Shown one piece after another: positions 1-9,728 of a DNA stretch of 32,000 bases. The DNA lies in the NCBI GenBank assembly GCA_000008085.1, contig AE017199.1, positions 458,886 through 490,885 of the forward strand. Reading direction: 5' to 3'. The first letter of the stretch is position 1. The number at the start of each line of letters is the position of its first letter. The translations under genes and the position numbers were made by a program. The notes below the pieces were generated by a model. That model saw nothing but the letters and a program-made list of their open reading frames with translations, made no database searches and had not been told where the DNA came from. The stretch is from Nanoarchaeum equitans Kin4-M. Its GTDB lineage: Archaea; Nanobdellota; Nanobdellia; Nanobdellales; Nanoarchaeaceae.

Positions 1-8
1 AATTAACT

Positions 9-503
9 ATGCCAGGCGAGAGATATTGGGAGCTATTCGCGAAAAAAGTTAATAGCTTTAACGATTTATATGATTTCGTCAAAAAATATAATCCTAGATT
101 TTTATCGAATAAACTAAAAAGGTTAGAAAGGTTTAAGCCTTACATAGATATAATAGAACAAAATCGAGAGCACTATTATGAAAATATGGTTGCTCTGAAT
201 AAATTTTTGGCCAAAATAATGAACCAAAATATTTACGATAAAACTATTGTTTTTTCTATAAAGATGTTTGCATATGCTATGAGAGCTTTGGGCTATAAAT
301 TTAAGCCTTTCCCATTTGAAATAGCTATTCCTTTAGACTATAGGCTAAAAAAGATAAATCCCGATCTAAATTATTGGTTTTATGTGAGCAAACAAACCAA
401 CATACCACCATTACATATAGATAGTTTGATATGGCCCATATTTAGAATAAAAAATTTGCCTAAAAAGTTTGCCCTATTGAAGGAATATCTATCGAACCTT
501 TAA
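9..503 (+). CDS. C-terminal part of probable archaeal 8-oxoguanine DNA glycosylase (AGOG-like), reading frame open to the window edge
   Basis: ORF track; frame remains open upstream to base 1; NLYDFVKKYNPRFLSNKLKRLERF and C-terminal residues resemble the AGOG family from memory. Confidence 0.5.
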   Translation: MPGERYWELFAKKVNSFNDLYDFVKKYNPRFLSNKLKRLERFKPYIDIIEQNREHYYENMVALNKFLAKIMNQNIYDKTIVFSIKMFAYAMRALGYKFKPFPFEIAIPLDYRLKKINPDLNYWFYVSKQTNIPPLHIDSLIWPIFRIKNLPKKFALLKEYLSNL

Positions 504-524
504 ATTTGTTAACCAAATTAATCG

Positions 525-776
525 ATGGCTGAAAAAGAAGTTTTGTTACAACAAATTTTGATGCAAAAACAAGTATTAGAAGCGCAATTGGAAGAAATTA
601 ACAATGCTATAAAAGAGATAGAAGAATCTAACGGGAAAGTATATAAAATACTAGGTACATACTTTTTAGAGATACCAAAGGAGAAAGCATTAGAAGAATT
701 AAATGAAAAGAAAAAACTATTAGAAATCAGATTGGATGCATTGAAAAAACAAGAGGAAAAGCTAAAGGGAGAATAA
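525..776 (+). CDS. pfdB: Prefoldin beta subunit-like protein, short coiled coil
   Basis: 83 aa, two heptad-rich helices around a short beta-prone centre (VYKILGTYFLEIPKEKALEEL). Confidence 0.65.
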   Translation: MAEKEVLLQQILMQKQVLEAQLEEINNAIKEIEESNGKVYKILGTYFLEIPKEKALEELNEKKKLLEIRLDALKKQEEKLKGE

Positions 777-835
777 ATTCTTTCATTACCTCTTAGTGGT
801 AGAAAAAAAATTAAATCGCAAGAGGACACATCTCT

Positions 836-1621
836 ATGCAAGACATAAAAGCTTTTAGGGATGATTTTTTATTAATTCCTTTAATAAGAGGGGTTTTTCG
901 GGATCCCACAAAATGGAGGATTGTTATAAAAAATGACACTCCCAAATGTTTTAAAGGTATCCCTGTTTGTACTAACATTCCATCGTATGTAAAGAGAAGA
1001 GCACTTACTGATATAGATATTTTATTTTATATTAATGACATAGCATTTGAAAAGAAAAACCTTCTGCAAGGATATAAAAAAATAGTGTATGAAGAGGCCG
1101 ATGTTAACACAAAAGAGTCCCAATTAAATGAACTAATAAATACTGCTGCAATAACAATAATGAAGCAACTATTTACTCAAGCTCTCACAACAATATATGG
1201 CAAACTATATCCTAAAAAACTATATATCGATGTTTTGGGAGGAAAACCCAAAAACGAAGTTTATTGGGGGGTTATTATACCACCAAATTATCTGCTCATA
1301 TCGGCAAGGTTTGCTCGAAGTAAAATATGGCTTAGCGGGTTAAGCTATAGTTTGCCTTTTAATGCGAGTTCTATTATTAATGCATTTTTAGAATTTAGTA
1401 GGACACGTAAACTGGGAGCAAGCTTTTATAATACTTATCCCACTTATACAAAACATATTGAAATATTAAACATACCCCCAAACGAGGAAAGCATAAAAAA
1501 TTTAGCAATATCTTTAACATATGCAGAACATTCTGGATGGGATATTGATACATATTGGGAAGTATTTAATTATTTAAGAGAGTCTTTGGAAGATTTTCTT
1601 AGATATGGAGTGGAAAACTAA
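836..1621 (+). CDS. Hypothetical protein, 261 aa
   Basis: Long ORF with coding-like composition; no family recognised. Confidence 0.8.
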   Translation: MQDIKAFRDDFLLIPLIRGVFRDPTKWRIVIKNDTPKCFKGIPVCTNIPSYVKRRALTDIDILFYINDIAFEKKNLLQGYKKIVYEEADVNTKESQLNELINTAAITIMKQLFTQALTTIYGKLYPKKLYIDVLGGKPKNEVYWGVIIPPNYLLISARFARSKIWLSGLSYSLPFNASSIINAFLEFSRTRKLGASFYNTYPTYTKHIEILNIPPNEESIKNLAISLTYAEHSGWDIDTYWEVFNYLRESLEDFLRYGVEN

Positions 1622-2244
1622 AATAAATCCTGTAATTCAATTAACTCTATACCTGTTGTTTTTGAGCCAACGACTATTCCTTTGTCATTTAACAAAGCTG
1701 CAGCCCCAACAAATTTGTCCCCCATATTTAATGTTACAGGTTTAGCATCTTCTATATCTATATAAATGTCTGGATTGTGCAATAGCATTTTGCTATTCCC
1801 TATTAGAGAACTGCCAACTTCTATGTCAGTATCAATTAAATACAAATCCGCATTTAGCTTTTTAGCTAAAAGCTTTGCTTCTTTTTTAGTATCCTCCGCG
1901 GCAAAAAGCAAATTCTTTTTGGGCCAATAATAATAATTATTGCCTAATGCATTATTAACAACATCTACTACTTCTACTCTAAATAGTTCTTCCAATTTTT
2001 TTAATTCCTCTTCATAAATAGAAGAAGGCACAATAATTAAGTCTTTTTTTCCTATAATGAAACTACCAACCGTTGGAGTTCCAGCTATTGTAGTTTTCAC
2101 TATTCCTTCTAATCCTAATGTATCTTTTATTATTTTTTCCTCTTCTTTCGATATTACTTCTGATAATACCGCTATATCGTTAGCTATATATCCAAATAAC
2201 CCTATAGAGTCGCTCCCATATATTTTAATTTTATTCACTCGCAA
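1618..2244 (-). CDS. eif6: Translation initiation factor 6 (aIF6)
   Basis: IYGSDSIGLFGYIANDIAVL, VGSFIIGKKDLIIVPS repeats typical of aIF6/eIF6. Confidence 0.85.
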   Translation of the reverse strand: MRVNKIKIYGSDSIGLFGYIANDIAVLSEVISKEEEKIIKDTLGLEGIVKTTIAGTPTVGSFIIGKKDLIIVPSSIYEEELKKLEELFRVEVVDVVNNALGNNYYYWPKKNLLFAAEDTKKEAKLLAKKLNADLYLIDTDIEVGSSLIGNSKMLLHNPDIYIDIEDAKPVTLNMGDKFVGAAALLNDKGIVVGSKTTGIELIELQDLF

Positions 2245-2295
2245 GGTTCGAATATAGTATTGCGATATTTATAAAGGTTATGCATTATTCTTAGT

Positions 2296-2685
2296 ATGTG
2301 CATCTTCTGTAAAATAATAAACAAAGAGATACCCGCATATATAGTATATGAGGACGATTTCGTTATAGCAATATTAGATATATATCCAATGGCTAAGGGT
2401 CATACCTTAGTTATTCCGAAAAAACATGTAACTAGGCTAAAAGAGCTAAGCGAAGAAGAAGCTAAAAAGCTATTTGCTGGTCTAAAAAAAGTTATAGAAA
2501 AAATAGAGAAAATCTCTCCTGATTATAATATAATAATAAACCAAGGTCCAAAGGCGGGCCAAGAAATAGACCATTTGCATATACATATAATACCGAGAAC
2601 AGGAGAAGAAAAAATATTTTATAACATTAGGCATAAGCTTACAGAGGAAGAGGCAAAAGAGGTTTTAGAAAAACTAAATGGTTAG
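2296..2685 (+). CDS. HIT family nucleotide hydrolase
   Basis: CxxC...GHTLVIPKKHVT...HLHIHIIPR histidine-triad motif. Confidence 0.95.
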   Translation: MCIFCKIINKEIPAYIVYEDDFVIAILDIYPMAKGHTLVIPKKHVTRLKELSEEEAKKLFAGLKKVIEKIEKISPDYNIIINQGPKAGQEIDHLHIHIIPRTGEEKIFYNIRHKLTEEEAKEVLEKLNG

Positions 2686-2866
2686 AGTAATAGTAGAAGG
2701 GAGGGGCGAATATAATATAGAAGCGAAAACTGTAAAAGAAGTGTTAGAAAAACTTAATTTGAAGCCTAGCGAAGTAGTAGTTCACGATGGAGAGAACATT
2801 TTATTGGAAGAGGAAGAGATTAAAAGCGATACTATATATATAACTTTGGTCGCTTCCGGAGGCTAA
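2678..2866 (+). CDS. Ubiquitin-like small protein (ThiS/MoaD/Urm1/SAMP type) ending in Gly-Gly
   Basis: 62 aa, TVKEVLEKLNLKPSEVVVHDGENILLEEEEIKSDTIYITLVASGG. Confidence 0.8.
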   Translation: MVRVIVEGRGEYNIEAKTVKEVLEKLNLKPSEVVVHDGENILLEEEEIKSDTIYITLVASGG

Positions 2867-2976
2867 GGCAAAGTTTTTATTACTATAGAGGAAAAGTCAT
2901 TATAAAAGCTTACCAAAATCATTATAAAAGCTGCTAAACCAATTAAAATTAAAACCAATTTAACTATTTCCTCCAC
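2863..2976 (-). CDS. Possible 37-aa single-TM microprotein overlapping the 3' end of the proteasome alpha gene
   Basis: Hand translation from GTG: MEEIVKLVLILIGLAAFIMILVSFYNDFSSIVIKTLP*; start overlaps the upstream stop; not in the supplied ORF track. Confidence 0.5.
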   Translation of the reverse strand: MEEIVKLVLILIGLAAFIMILVSFYNDFSSIVIKTLP

Positions 2977-3712
2977 TTTTTATTTTTTCCAATATTTTTT
3001 CTATCTCATTTACATCAACATATTTTGCTTTTTTGGTTTTTTCATCAACATAAGCGATGTCCAACTTTTCAGCAGTTAATTCATTATTATTCTCTTTGTA
3101 GAAATTATACAATGCCTTTAATCCTAGTTCTATCGCTTTTTTAAGGGAGAGGTTTTCGTTATATTCTTTTCCTAAATAATCCAAAACCTTCTGTTCTCCT
3201 TCCCCTATAACAGCTAATTTGTATTCCCAAAACATTCCTCCAGGTTCAGTAACAAATATGTGTTTGCCTGTATCATCTATGCCTGCAAAAATTATAGAGA
3301 CCCCAAATGGCCTTACTCCTCCAATTTGGGTATATTCCTGTTTTATATCGGCTATCTCTTTTACTAACCCTCTAATATCGATGGGGTGGCCATAAAAATA
3401 TTTGTAAGTTTGTGCTATAACTCTTGCTCTCTCTATTAAAACTCTACCATCTCCAATTATACCAGCAGGAGCAGCGATTACATGGTCGTCAACTATGTAT
3501 ACCTTTTCTATGGATGAAGGTATTACGAATTTCTCAACAATTTTCTTATCTCCAATAACGAGGACACCTGTTTTATAAAGCATACCAATAGCGGTAGGGG
3601 ATTGTTTTACTGTTGTTCTCGCATATTCTACTTGTAACAACCTCCCATCGGGGCTAAATAGAGTGCTAGCTCTATCATAGCCCATTACTTGTGGTAATTG
3701 CATAAAATCCAT
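2960..3712 (-). CDS. psmA: Proteasome alpha subunit
   Basis: MGYDRASTLFSPDGRLLQVEYARTTVKQSPTAIGM hallmark alpha-subunit N terminus. Confidence 0.97.
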   Translation of the reverse strand: MDFMQLPQVMGYDRASTLFSPDGRLLQVEYARTTVKQSPTAIGMLYKTGVLVIGDKKIVEKFVIPSSIEKVYIVDDHVIAAPAGIIGDGRVLIERARVIAQTYKYFYGHPIDIRGLVKEIADIKQEYTQIGGVRPFGVSIIFAGIDDTGKHIFVTEPGGMFWEYKLAVIGEGEQKVLDYLGKEYNENLSLKKAIELGLKALYNFYKENNNELTAEKLDIAYVDEKTKKAKYVDVNEIEKILEKIKSGGNS

Positions 3713-3717
3713 CTATA

Positions 3718-4692
3718 ATGCTATTAACCATTTTTATAAACTTTTATATACTTGCAAAAGTGAAATGCTCCTATTGTGACAAACCCGCTATATATTACGA
3801 TGGAAAAAAATATTATTGTAAAGAGCATTTTTTAGAATATTTTAAAAACTTGGCATTCAAAGCGATTAAAGAGTTTAACATGTTTTCGCCTGGCGATAGG
3901 GTTGCAGTTGCTGTTAGCGGGGGGAAAGATTCTGTAAGTTTATTACATTTTTTAACTAAACATAAAGATGAATTGGAATTAAAAGAAGTTGTTGGTTTAG
4001 CTATAGATGAAGGAATTAAAGGGTATAGAGATGTAACTTTAAATTATTTGAAAGATTTCGCTAAAAAGCACAATCTTAAAATTAAAATTATTTCCTTCAA
4101 AGAAGAGATAGGATTAACTTTAGATGAAATGTTCGAATTAACTAAAAAATATAATTTGGGTTATTGGCCCTGCACTTATTGTGGGGTATTTAGGAGATGG
4201 TTGCTAAATAAATATGCTATAGAACATTTCGATGTTTTAGCCACAGGTCATAATTTAAATGATGAAGCACAAACAGTTATATTAAATTTGGCAGAGCATA
4301 ATATAAAGGATTTAGCAAAAGGCGGACCTGTTACTGGTATAAAGAGACATAATAAATTCATAAAAAGGGTAAAGCCTTTCTATTACATTACAGAAAAAGA
4401 AACAACAATCTATTCTATTGTTAACAAACTAAATGTACCTTATATAGAATGCCCCTATGCTAGGGGCGCTTTTAGAATTTATGTGCGAGATTTGTTGTAT
4501 AAAATGGAACATGTTAGGGAATTACACGAAAACATAATAAAGAAATACCTCTCTTTTAGAGATAAGTTGCAAAAAAGGTATAATTTCGAATTGAAAACAT
4601 GCAAAATATGTGGTTTTCCTACTACTAGAGAGATATGCCAAGCATGCCAATTAAGATTAACCTTTCAAAAATTGAAAGAAAAAAACCTTTAG
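3718..4692 (+). CDS. tRNA 2-thiolation enzyme TtuA/Ncs6 family
   Basis: N-terminal C4-type zinc motif, VAVSGGKDSVSLLH PP-loop, C-terminal CKICGFPTTREICQAC; annotated start may be too far upstream. Confidence 0.85.
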   Translation: MLLTIFINFYILAKVKCSYCDKPAIYYDGKKYYCKEHFLEYFKNLAFKAIKEFNMFSPGDRVAVAVSGGKDSVSLLHFLTKHKDELELKEVVGLAIDEGIKGYRDVTLNYLKDFAKKHNLKIKIISFKEEIGLTLDEMFELTKKYNLGYWPCTYCGVFRRWLLNKYAIEHFDVLATGHNLNDEAQTVILNLAEHNIKDLAKGGPVTGIKRHNKFIKRVKPFYYITEKETTIYSIVNKLNVPYIECPYARGAFRIYVRDLLYKMEHVRELHENIIKKYLSFRDKLQKRYNFELKTCKICGFPTTREICQACQLRLTFQKLKEKNL

Positions 4693-5757
4693 TTTATTGT
4701 GGTAAATTTCCCTCTCATGTTTTAGAGTAAAGTTATATTTTTCAGCATACTTTAATACCCATTCTTTATGGGGGGATAACAAAGCTAAAACTCCATTGTC
4801 TTTTAATATATACTCTGCTTGGTAAAACAAATATTCATGAACCTTCTCGCTTTCTTCTCTGTCTGCAGCTTTTATACCATAGGGAGGATTAGTAATTATA
4901 TAATCTATGGCCTTTTCTCCCAATTTAAAATCTACATCTTCCAAATTTATTTTAGATACTTTAACTATATCTTTTACCCTTGCATGTATGCAATTTAGCT
5001 CTGCTCCTCTCATATGTTTTACGAATTTATCAAAACACAATATTTTGGCTTTCCTATCCCATTTTATTGATTGTTCTATTTCATCAATTATATCGGGATT
5101 TAATTGATAGGCAAAAGTTTTATCGTATTGTCTATATAATGGAGGGATTTCCCTTAAATATAAAGCTGCCTCTATTGGAATTGTGCCAGACCCACACAAT
5201 GGGTCTAACAAAGATTGGCCATTCCATTTGGTTAATCTAATTAAAGAATTAGCAATAGTTGGAGCTAAACCTGCGGGATGGTAATATACTCTATAATACC
5301 TCTTATCTAAAGGTTGTTCCCCAATTAAATCATATCCAAAAATAGCGATATCTTTTAATATGTAACCTCTAAATATTACATCTGGGTTGGTTAGATCTAC
5401 TTTATTATTGGTTTTTCTTCTAATAACATCGCCCAACCTATTATATAAATCCATTATATCTATGTCTATATCATATTTGTGCGCCCTAACAGCAAATTTT
5501 TTATTTATTATTTCGCTATAATCTATTTGGTTCGCTTCTCTTATAATGCTATCTATGTTTGGTTCACTAAAAAATTTTACCCACAATACTCTTTTAGATG
5601 TTTGAGTTTTTAGAGCTATTTTAACTATAGAATCCAAGTCCTTTACCTTGAATATATTAATAAAATCGTATTGTTTATCAAATTTTGCGCCTAGACTCTC
5701 TATTTCTTCTCTATTTATATCTTCTAAACCTTTATTAGCTATAGTAGCAATGTACAT
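4657..5757 (-). CDS. THUMP-domain RNA guanine-N2 methyltransferase (Trm14/RlmL-like)
   Basis: SLLDPLCGSGTIPIEAAL and DYIITNPPYG motifs; THUMP-like N-terminal half. Confidence 0.8.
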   Translation of the reverse strand: MYIATIANKGLEDINREEIESLGAKFDKQYDFINIFKVKDLDSIVKIALKTQTSKRVLWVKFFSEPNIDSIIREANQIDYSEIINKKFAVRAHKYDIDIDIMDLYNRLGDVIRRKTNNKVDLTNPDVIFRGYILKDIAIFGYDLIGEQPLDKRYYRVYYHPAGLAPTIANSLIRLTKWNGQSLLDPLCGSGTIPIEAALYLREIPPLYRQYDKTFAYQLNPDIIDEIEQSIKWDRKAKILCFDKFVKHMRGAELNCIHARVKDIVKVSKINLEDVDFKLGEKAIDYIITNPPYGIKAADREESEKVHEYLFYQAEYILKDNGVLALLSPHKEWVLKYAEKYNFTLKHEREIYHNKLKVFFFQFLKG

Positions 5758-5791
5758 AAAGGGAATTAAATTGCCATTTTAATAATAACAA

Positions 5792-6850
5792 ATGCAACAG
5801 AATTTTGTTATTTACACTAGGGCTAAAAAAGATGCTAAAGCTTTGTCGCATTTAAATTTACCTTTTGAAATAAAAACTTTACAAGGCATAAGGGGAGAAG
5901 AGTTAATAGAAACCATAAAAAATATGGATGGTTTATATTATAAATTGTTTTTATTGGGCAAGAGAGATCCCGATGTAGAAGTTGATAGCTATTTAACTGT
6001 TATACATAAAGTTCCAAAGGCAAATGTAAGAAATGTTAAACTACCTCTATTAAAAAAAGAGCTAAAAACTGCTTTATATAAATTCATTACCAAGCCCTTT
6101 AATATAGAATGTGAATGCGATGTTGGTTTATGGGATAAAGGCATAATACTTTTCAAAAAATACGAAGATTTGTATTATTCTAATGGAAAACTAGTTAAAA
6201 AAATAGATAGAATTAAAGGGGAAATAATAGAATATGGCGAAGCCGATGGAGAAAAACCCTATATAGATATAAAAGAAAAAGTTAATGAAGCTATCGAATT
6301 TATTAAGCAATTTAAAGATTATGAAATTGTTATACCCTTTTCTGGAGGAAAAGATTCAACAACAGTCGCAATATTAGCTAAAAAAGCTAAAGTAGATTTT
6401 GATTTGGTTTTTGTCGATACGGGATTAGAGTTTAAGCAAACTTTAGAGTATATCGATTATATATCGAAAAAAATTAAGCCTATAAATATAGTTTATGCAG
6501 GCATAGACAAAAAATACAAAATGTTCGGTTTTGATTATCTAAAGAGAAGACTATGTACTAAAGATAAAATAACCACTTTATATAATTATGTAAGGAATAA
6601 TTACGAAAACCCTGTTCTATTGGTTGGGGATAGACTAATAGAAAGCGAAGCTAGATTGTTTAGACCTAGAATATTTAAAGATGAATTTTTGGTTGCACAA
6701 CCAATTAAGTTTTTTTCTTATGCTGACGAACAAATATTGTTAGAAAAGGAAAACATAAAGCTTAACCCATTGTACGAAAAAGGCTTTTATAGAGTTGGTT
6801 GTAATGTATGTCCCTTTTTAGACAATTACGAAAAATCAATACCTCTCTAA
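5792..6850 (+). CDS. PAPS reductase / adenine nucleotide alpha-hydrolase family protein
   Basis: EIVIPFSGGKDSTTVAILAKKAKVDFDLVFVDTGLEF PP-loop motif; C-terminal CNVCPF. Confidence 0.8.
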   Translation: MQQNFVIYTRAKKDAKALSHLNLPFEIKTLQGIRGEELIETIKNMDGLYYKLFLLGKRDPDVEVDSYLTVIHKVPKANVRNVKLPLLKKELKTALYKFITKPFNIECECDVGLWDKGIILFKKYEDLYYSNGKLVKKIDRIKGEIIEYGEADGEKPYIDIKEKVNEAIEFIKQFKDYEIVIPFSGGKDSTTVAILAKKAKVDFDLVFVDTGLEFKQTLEYIDYISKKIKPINIVYAGIDKKYKMFGFDYLKRRLCTKDKITTLYNYVRNNYENPVLLVGDRLIESEARLFRPRIFKDEFLVAQPIKFFSYADEQILLEKENIKLNPLYEKGFYRVGCNVCPFLDNYEKSIPL

Positions 6851-7516
6851 TTCCTTTATTTCTGCATTTCCCTCAGTTAGTTTCTCTATTTTTTCTATAA
6901 ATTCTTGGTATATCCCTGCAGGCAAACTTAATATTGCATAATAATTGTCAGAAAATTCTTCTTTTTGGGGTCTAAACGATTTAATATAGGAATAAGCTTT
7001 GTAGATATATTCGTTTGGTATTTTTATGACAATTCTAATTTTTTCTCCTTTCAATGGTATAATCTTTTTTAACTCTTTTACTATGCTTTCCAATTGCGCT
7101 TCTGCGGGCTTTGTTATATCTATGTTTATTTTAGCTTTTTCCATAGCTAGTTCTATTCTTTGATATGTGTATGGCAAACCTGTTCTAGGATCTATATAGT
7201 TTTTCCTAATTAATTCTATTATTTTTCTTTTTAACTCTTCTTTTATTTTTCTTTTGTACTCAGTAGGGATTTGCAATTGGCCTTTCTTTATTATTTGTTC
7301 TGCAATTACATAAACATCTGTTGTTTTGAATACTTTTTTTAATACTTCTTCGCTTTGCCTTTCCCCAGTTTTAACATTCCTAAATATTTCTGGCACTAAC
7401 AATAGTTTTTCCTTATCGTATGGTTTGCCCTCTTTCAATTTTATTGCTTCCTCAAAATCAACATATACTTCAAAAGTTTCTTTCCCTATTTTTAGTCTAG
7501 CTATTACTTCCTTCAT
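6836..7516 (-). CDS. Ribosome maturation protein SBDS/SDO1 homolog
   Basis: SBDS layout: 'LLLVPEIFRNVKTGERQSEEVLKKVFKTTDVYVIAEQIIKKGQLQIPTEYKR' and 'IDPRTGLPYTYQRIELAME'. Confidence 0.9.
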   Translation of the reverse strand: MKEVIARLKIGKETFEVYVDFEEAIKLKEGKPYDKEKLLLVPEIFRNVKTGERQSEEVLKKVFKTTDVYVIAEQIIKKGQLQIPTEYKRKIKEELKRKIIELIRKNYIDPRTGLPYTYQRIELAMEKAKINIDITKPAEAQLESIVKELKKIIPLKGEKIRIVIKIPNEYIYKAYSYIKSFRPQKEEFSDNYYAILSLPAGIYQEFIEKIEKLTEGNAEIKELERY

Positions 7517-8234
7517 ATATTTGTTTTTGCAATTGTTTTAAATTATTTTTTAGGCTCTCTATGCATGGTTCTTTAACTAATGGGTTACCTTGCCCTTTAC
7601 ATTTCTCATAAGTCTTTTCATCTAACAATGGAATAATTTTTATATTTAACTCTTTAGATGCGTCCATTACGGCTTTGTATGTTAGGCTATCCGGTTTCAT
7701 ATATACAGTATAGTAATTGTATTGGTGCCTTCTTAGGAATTCTTTAACCCTTTTATAGGTAACCCAATAATATAGTTTTTTTATGTCTTCGGTTTCTTCC
7801 CATTCAGGCCAATCATAACTATTAAAGGGCCAATAAGTATGGAATTCCCATGGTATTATGCCGGGATTAGAAACTATAACTCTATGAATTCTATTAAATA
7901 TTTGAAATCCCGAAATAGCTCTTTGTATTGTTCTATGAGTTTTAGATTTATAATACGGCTTTTTTGCTGCACAGGGCAAAAACATTAATATGTCTTTTTC
8001 TTTAGGCCTTTCATATATTCTTATAATATAATCGAACCATGCTTCGTAAACTTCGTTAACCAAATTCTCTACTTTGGCCCCTTTAATTTTATTGCTATAA
8101 TACTTTTTTATTTGTTCATTGAATTTAGGTATAAATTTTAGATTTTCATAATCTATTTCTATTTTTGGATTGTCTTTATATTTGCTTACTATAGCTTCAA
8201 ACTCTTCTTTCGATAATGGTTTCCAACAACTCAT
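7497..8234 (-). CDS. Stand-alone archaeosine synthase (ArcS) core-domain-like protein
   Basis: LPCAAKKPYYKSKTH matches PC-x3-KPY-x2-S-x2-H type motif; no TGT/PUA-sized region in this ORF. Confidence 0.65.
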   Translation of the reverse strand: MSCWKPLSKEEFEAIVSKYKDNPKIEIDYENLKFIPKFNEQIKKYYSNKIKGAKVENLVNEVYEAWFDYIIRIYERPKEKDILMFLPCAAKKPYYKSKTHRTIQRAISGFQIFNRIHRVIVSNPGIIPWEFHTYWPFNSYDWPEWEETEDIKKLYYWVTYKRVKEFLRRHQYNYYTVYMKPDSLTYKAVMDASKELNIKIIPLLDEKTYEKCKGQGNPLVKEPCIESLKNNLKQLQKQIYEGSNS

Positions 8235-9700
8235 AGATGGGACAAATCGTAATCTTTTATGAGCTTTATTGTATCATGTTTTATACTCCTTATTTTTAAT
8301 GGCATCGGTAACCTAAATTCTACCGAGTAAAAGTAAGCTGTATATTTGGGCAACCCTTTTATAGAAGAAGCGCTAATCCCTAACATATCTGCAACTCTAT
8401 TTATGTCTTCTCTAGCAGTTAACCTAAAGGCTGCTATAGTTGTTAGTTGTGACAATAATTCGCTATCTAAACCAGAAGGGCTTTGCGCCACTACTAACAA
8501 ATGCACATTAAATTTTCTTCCCTCCCTAGCTAAAGTAATAGCAGTTTCTAACAAATCTTCATATGTTCTATTTAAATAGGCATGAGCTTCTTCCATAACT
8601 ATATAAATATTGCTTTTTTCCAAGTTAGATAAATCAATTTCCCCAGTTTTTAATAATAATGTTTCGTATAATAGTATACTCAATACCGCACCATAAATTT
8701 TTGTGCTTAGCCTTTTTGCTTTCAATCTTATTACATTTATTTGGTTAGGAACTATCCTTTCTATTATATATTGGTTGCCTATACTTGGTTTTAGCAATAA
8801 TAGATCTTTGGCAAACCTTTCTATTGCTCTCCATCTTCTTAATAATCTAATTCTTGTTTTGTCATAATCCTCAACCAAATTCATAGATAGCCTATTTAGT
8901 TTTTGCTTTAGCTCTCTAAACTCTTCTAAATTTTTATTTCCCCACATGGTCTCAAAGAAATCCGCTATAGTTCTATTCTCGAACAAAGAATTGTCCGCTT
9001 CATACAACAAATCTAAAGTATTAAAAAGAACTGTATGTAGGTTAGTATAATTTGGGGGTACATTAAATAATAATTCATAGAATGATACATATTCGTTAGG
9101 GTTTAGGTTTTTTATATCTATTTTTATTTCGGGGTATTTAGCATAATCTCCAAAAGCCTGTTCATATTCGCCATGCCTATCTAATATAATTATTGTAGCA
9201 TCGGGATCCTCTTTTTTGATTTGTTTTAATATTAGTTTAACGAAATTGGATTTACCACTACCGGTTTGACCAAAAACCCCGATGTGGGGCGAGAATATAA
9301 CATTTTTGTTAGTGTATATTTTTATATTGCTGGCTTTCCCTATTTCTATACTACCTTTGGGAATTGCTTTTTCTATCTCTTCTTCTTTTGCTTTCCTAAT
9401 TAAAACATTGTGTGTTGGGATATCTATTATTTCGCTATCATTTTGGGCTAATAATTGTATAACATACAAATTTTTTCCTCTATTTTCGATCCATTCACTT
9501 TCTTTTAATATTCTTTCAAATTTTAGATCGATAAAAGCTTTTCCTATTTCTCCCAAAGTAAATCTTTTGTTTTTAACTATACCGATCCATTTGTCTTGGT
9601 TTTTCTCTATAATTACATAATCATCTAAATGTAAATTCTCCTTAGTAAGAATTTTTATTTCTTCTCTATCCGCTTCTAGCACTACAGCATTATATTCCAT
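8231..9700 (-). CDS. herA: HerA-type bipolar DNA translocase/helicase
   Basis: GVFGQTGSGKSNFVKLIL Walker A, IYIVMEEAHAYL Walker B, LLVVAQSPSGLDSELLSQ. Confidence 0.9.
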   Translation of the reverse strand: MEYNAVVLEADREEIKILTKENLHLDDYVIIEKNQDKWIGIVKNKRFTLGEIGKAFIDLKFERILKESEWIENRGKNLYVIQLLAQNDSEIIDIPTHNVLIRKAKEEEIEKAIPKGSIEIGKASNIKIYTNKNVIFSPHIGVFGQTGSGKSNFVKLILKQIKKEDPDATIIILDRHGEYEQAFGDYAKYPEIKIDIKNLNPNEYVSFYELLFNVPPNYTNLHTVLFNTLDLLYEADNSLFENRTIADFFETMWGNKNLEEFRELKQKLNRLSMNLVEDYDKTRIRLLRRWRAIERFAKDLLLLKPSIGNQYIIERIVPNQINVIRLKAKRLSTKIYGAVLSILLYETLLLKTGEIDLSNLEKSNIYIVMEEAHAYLNRTYEDLLETAITLAREGRKFNVHLLVVAQSPSGLDSELLSQLTTIAAFRLTAREDINRVADMLGISASSIKGLPKYTAYFYSVEFRLPMPLKIRSIKHDTIKLIKDYDLSHL

Positions 9701-9728
9701 TTTTAATACGAAAATACTTAATTTAAAT

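Noticed and set aside
9282-9620. 112-aa plus-strand hydrophobic ORF opposite HerA
   Set aside because: Shadow ORF; HerA on the other strand carries all expected motifs.
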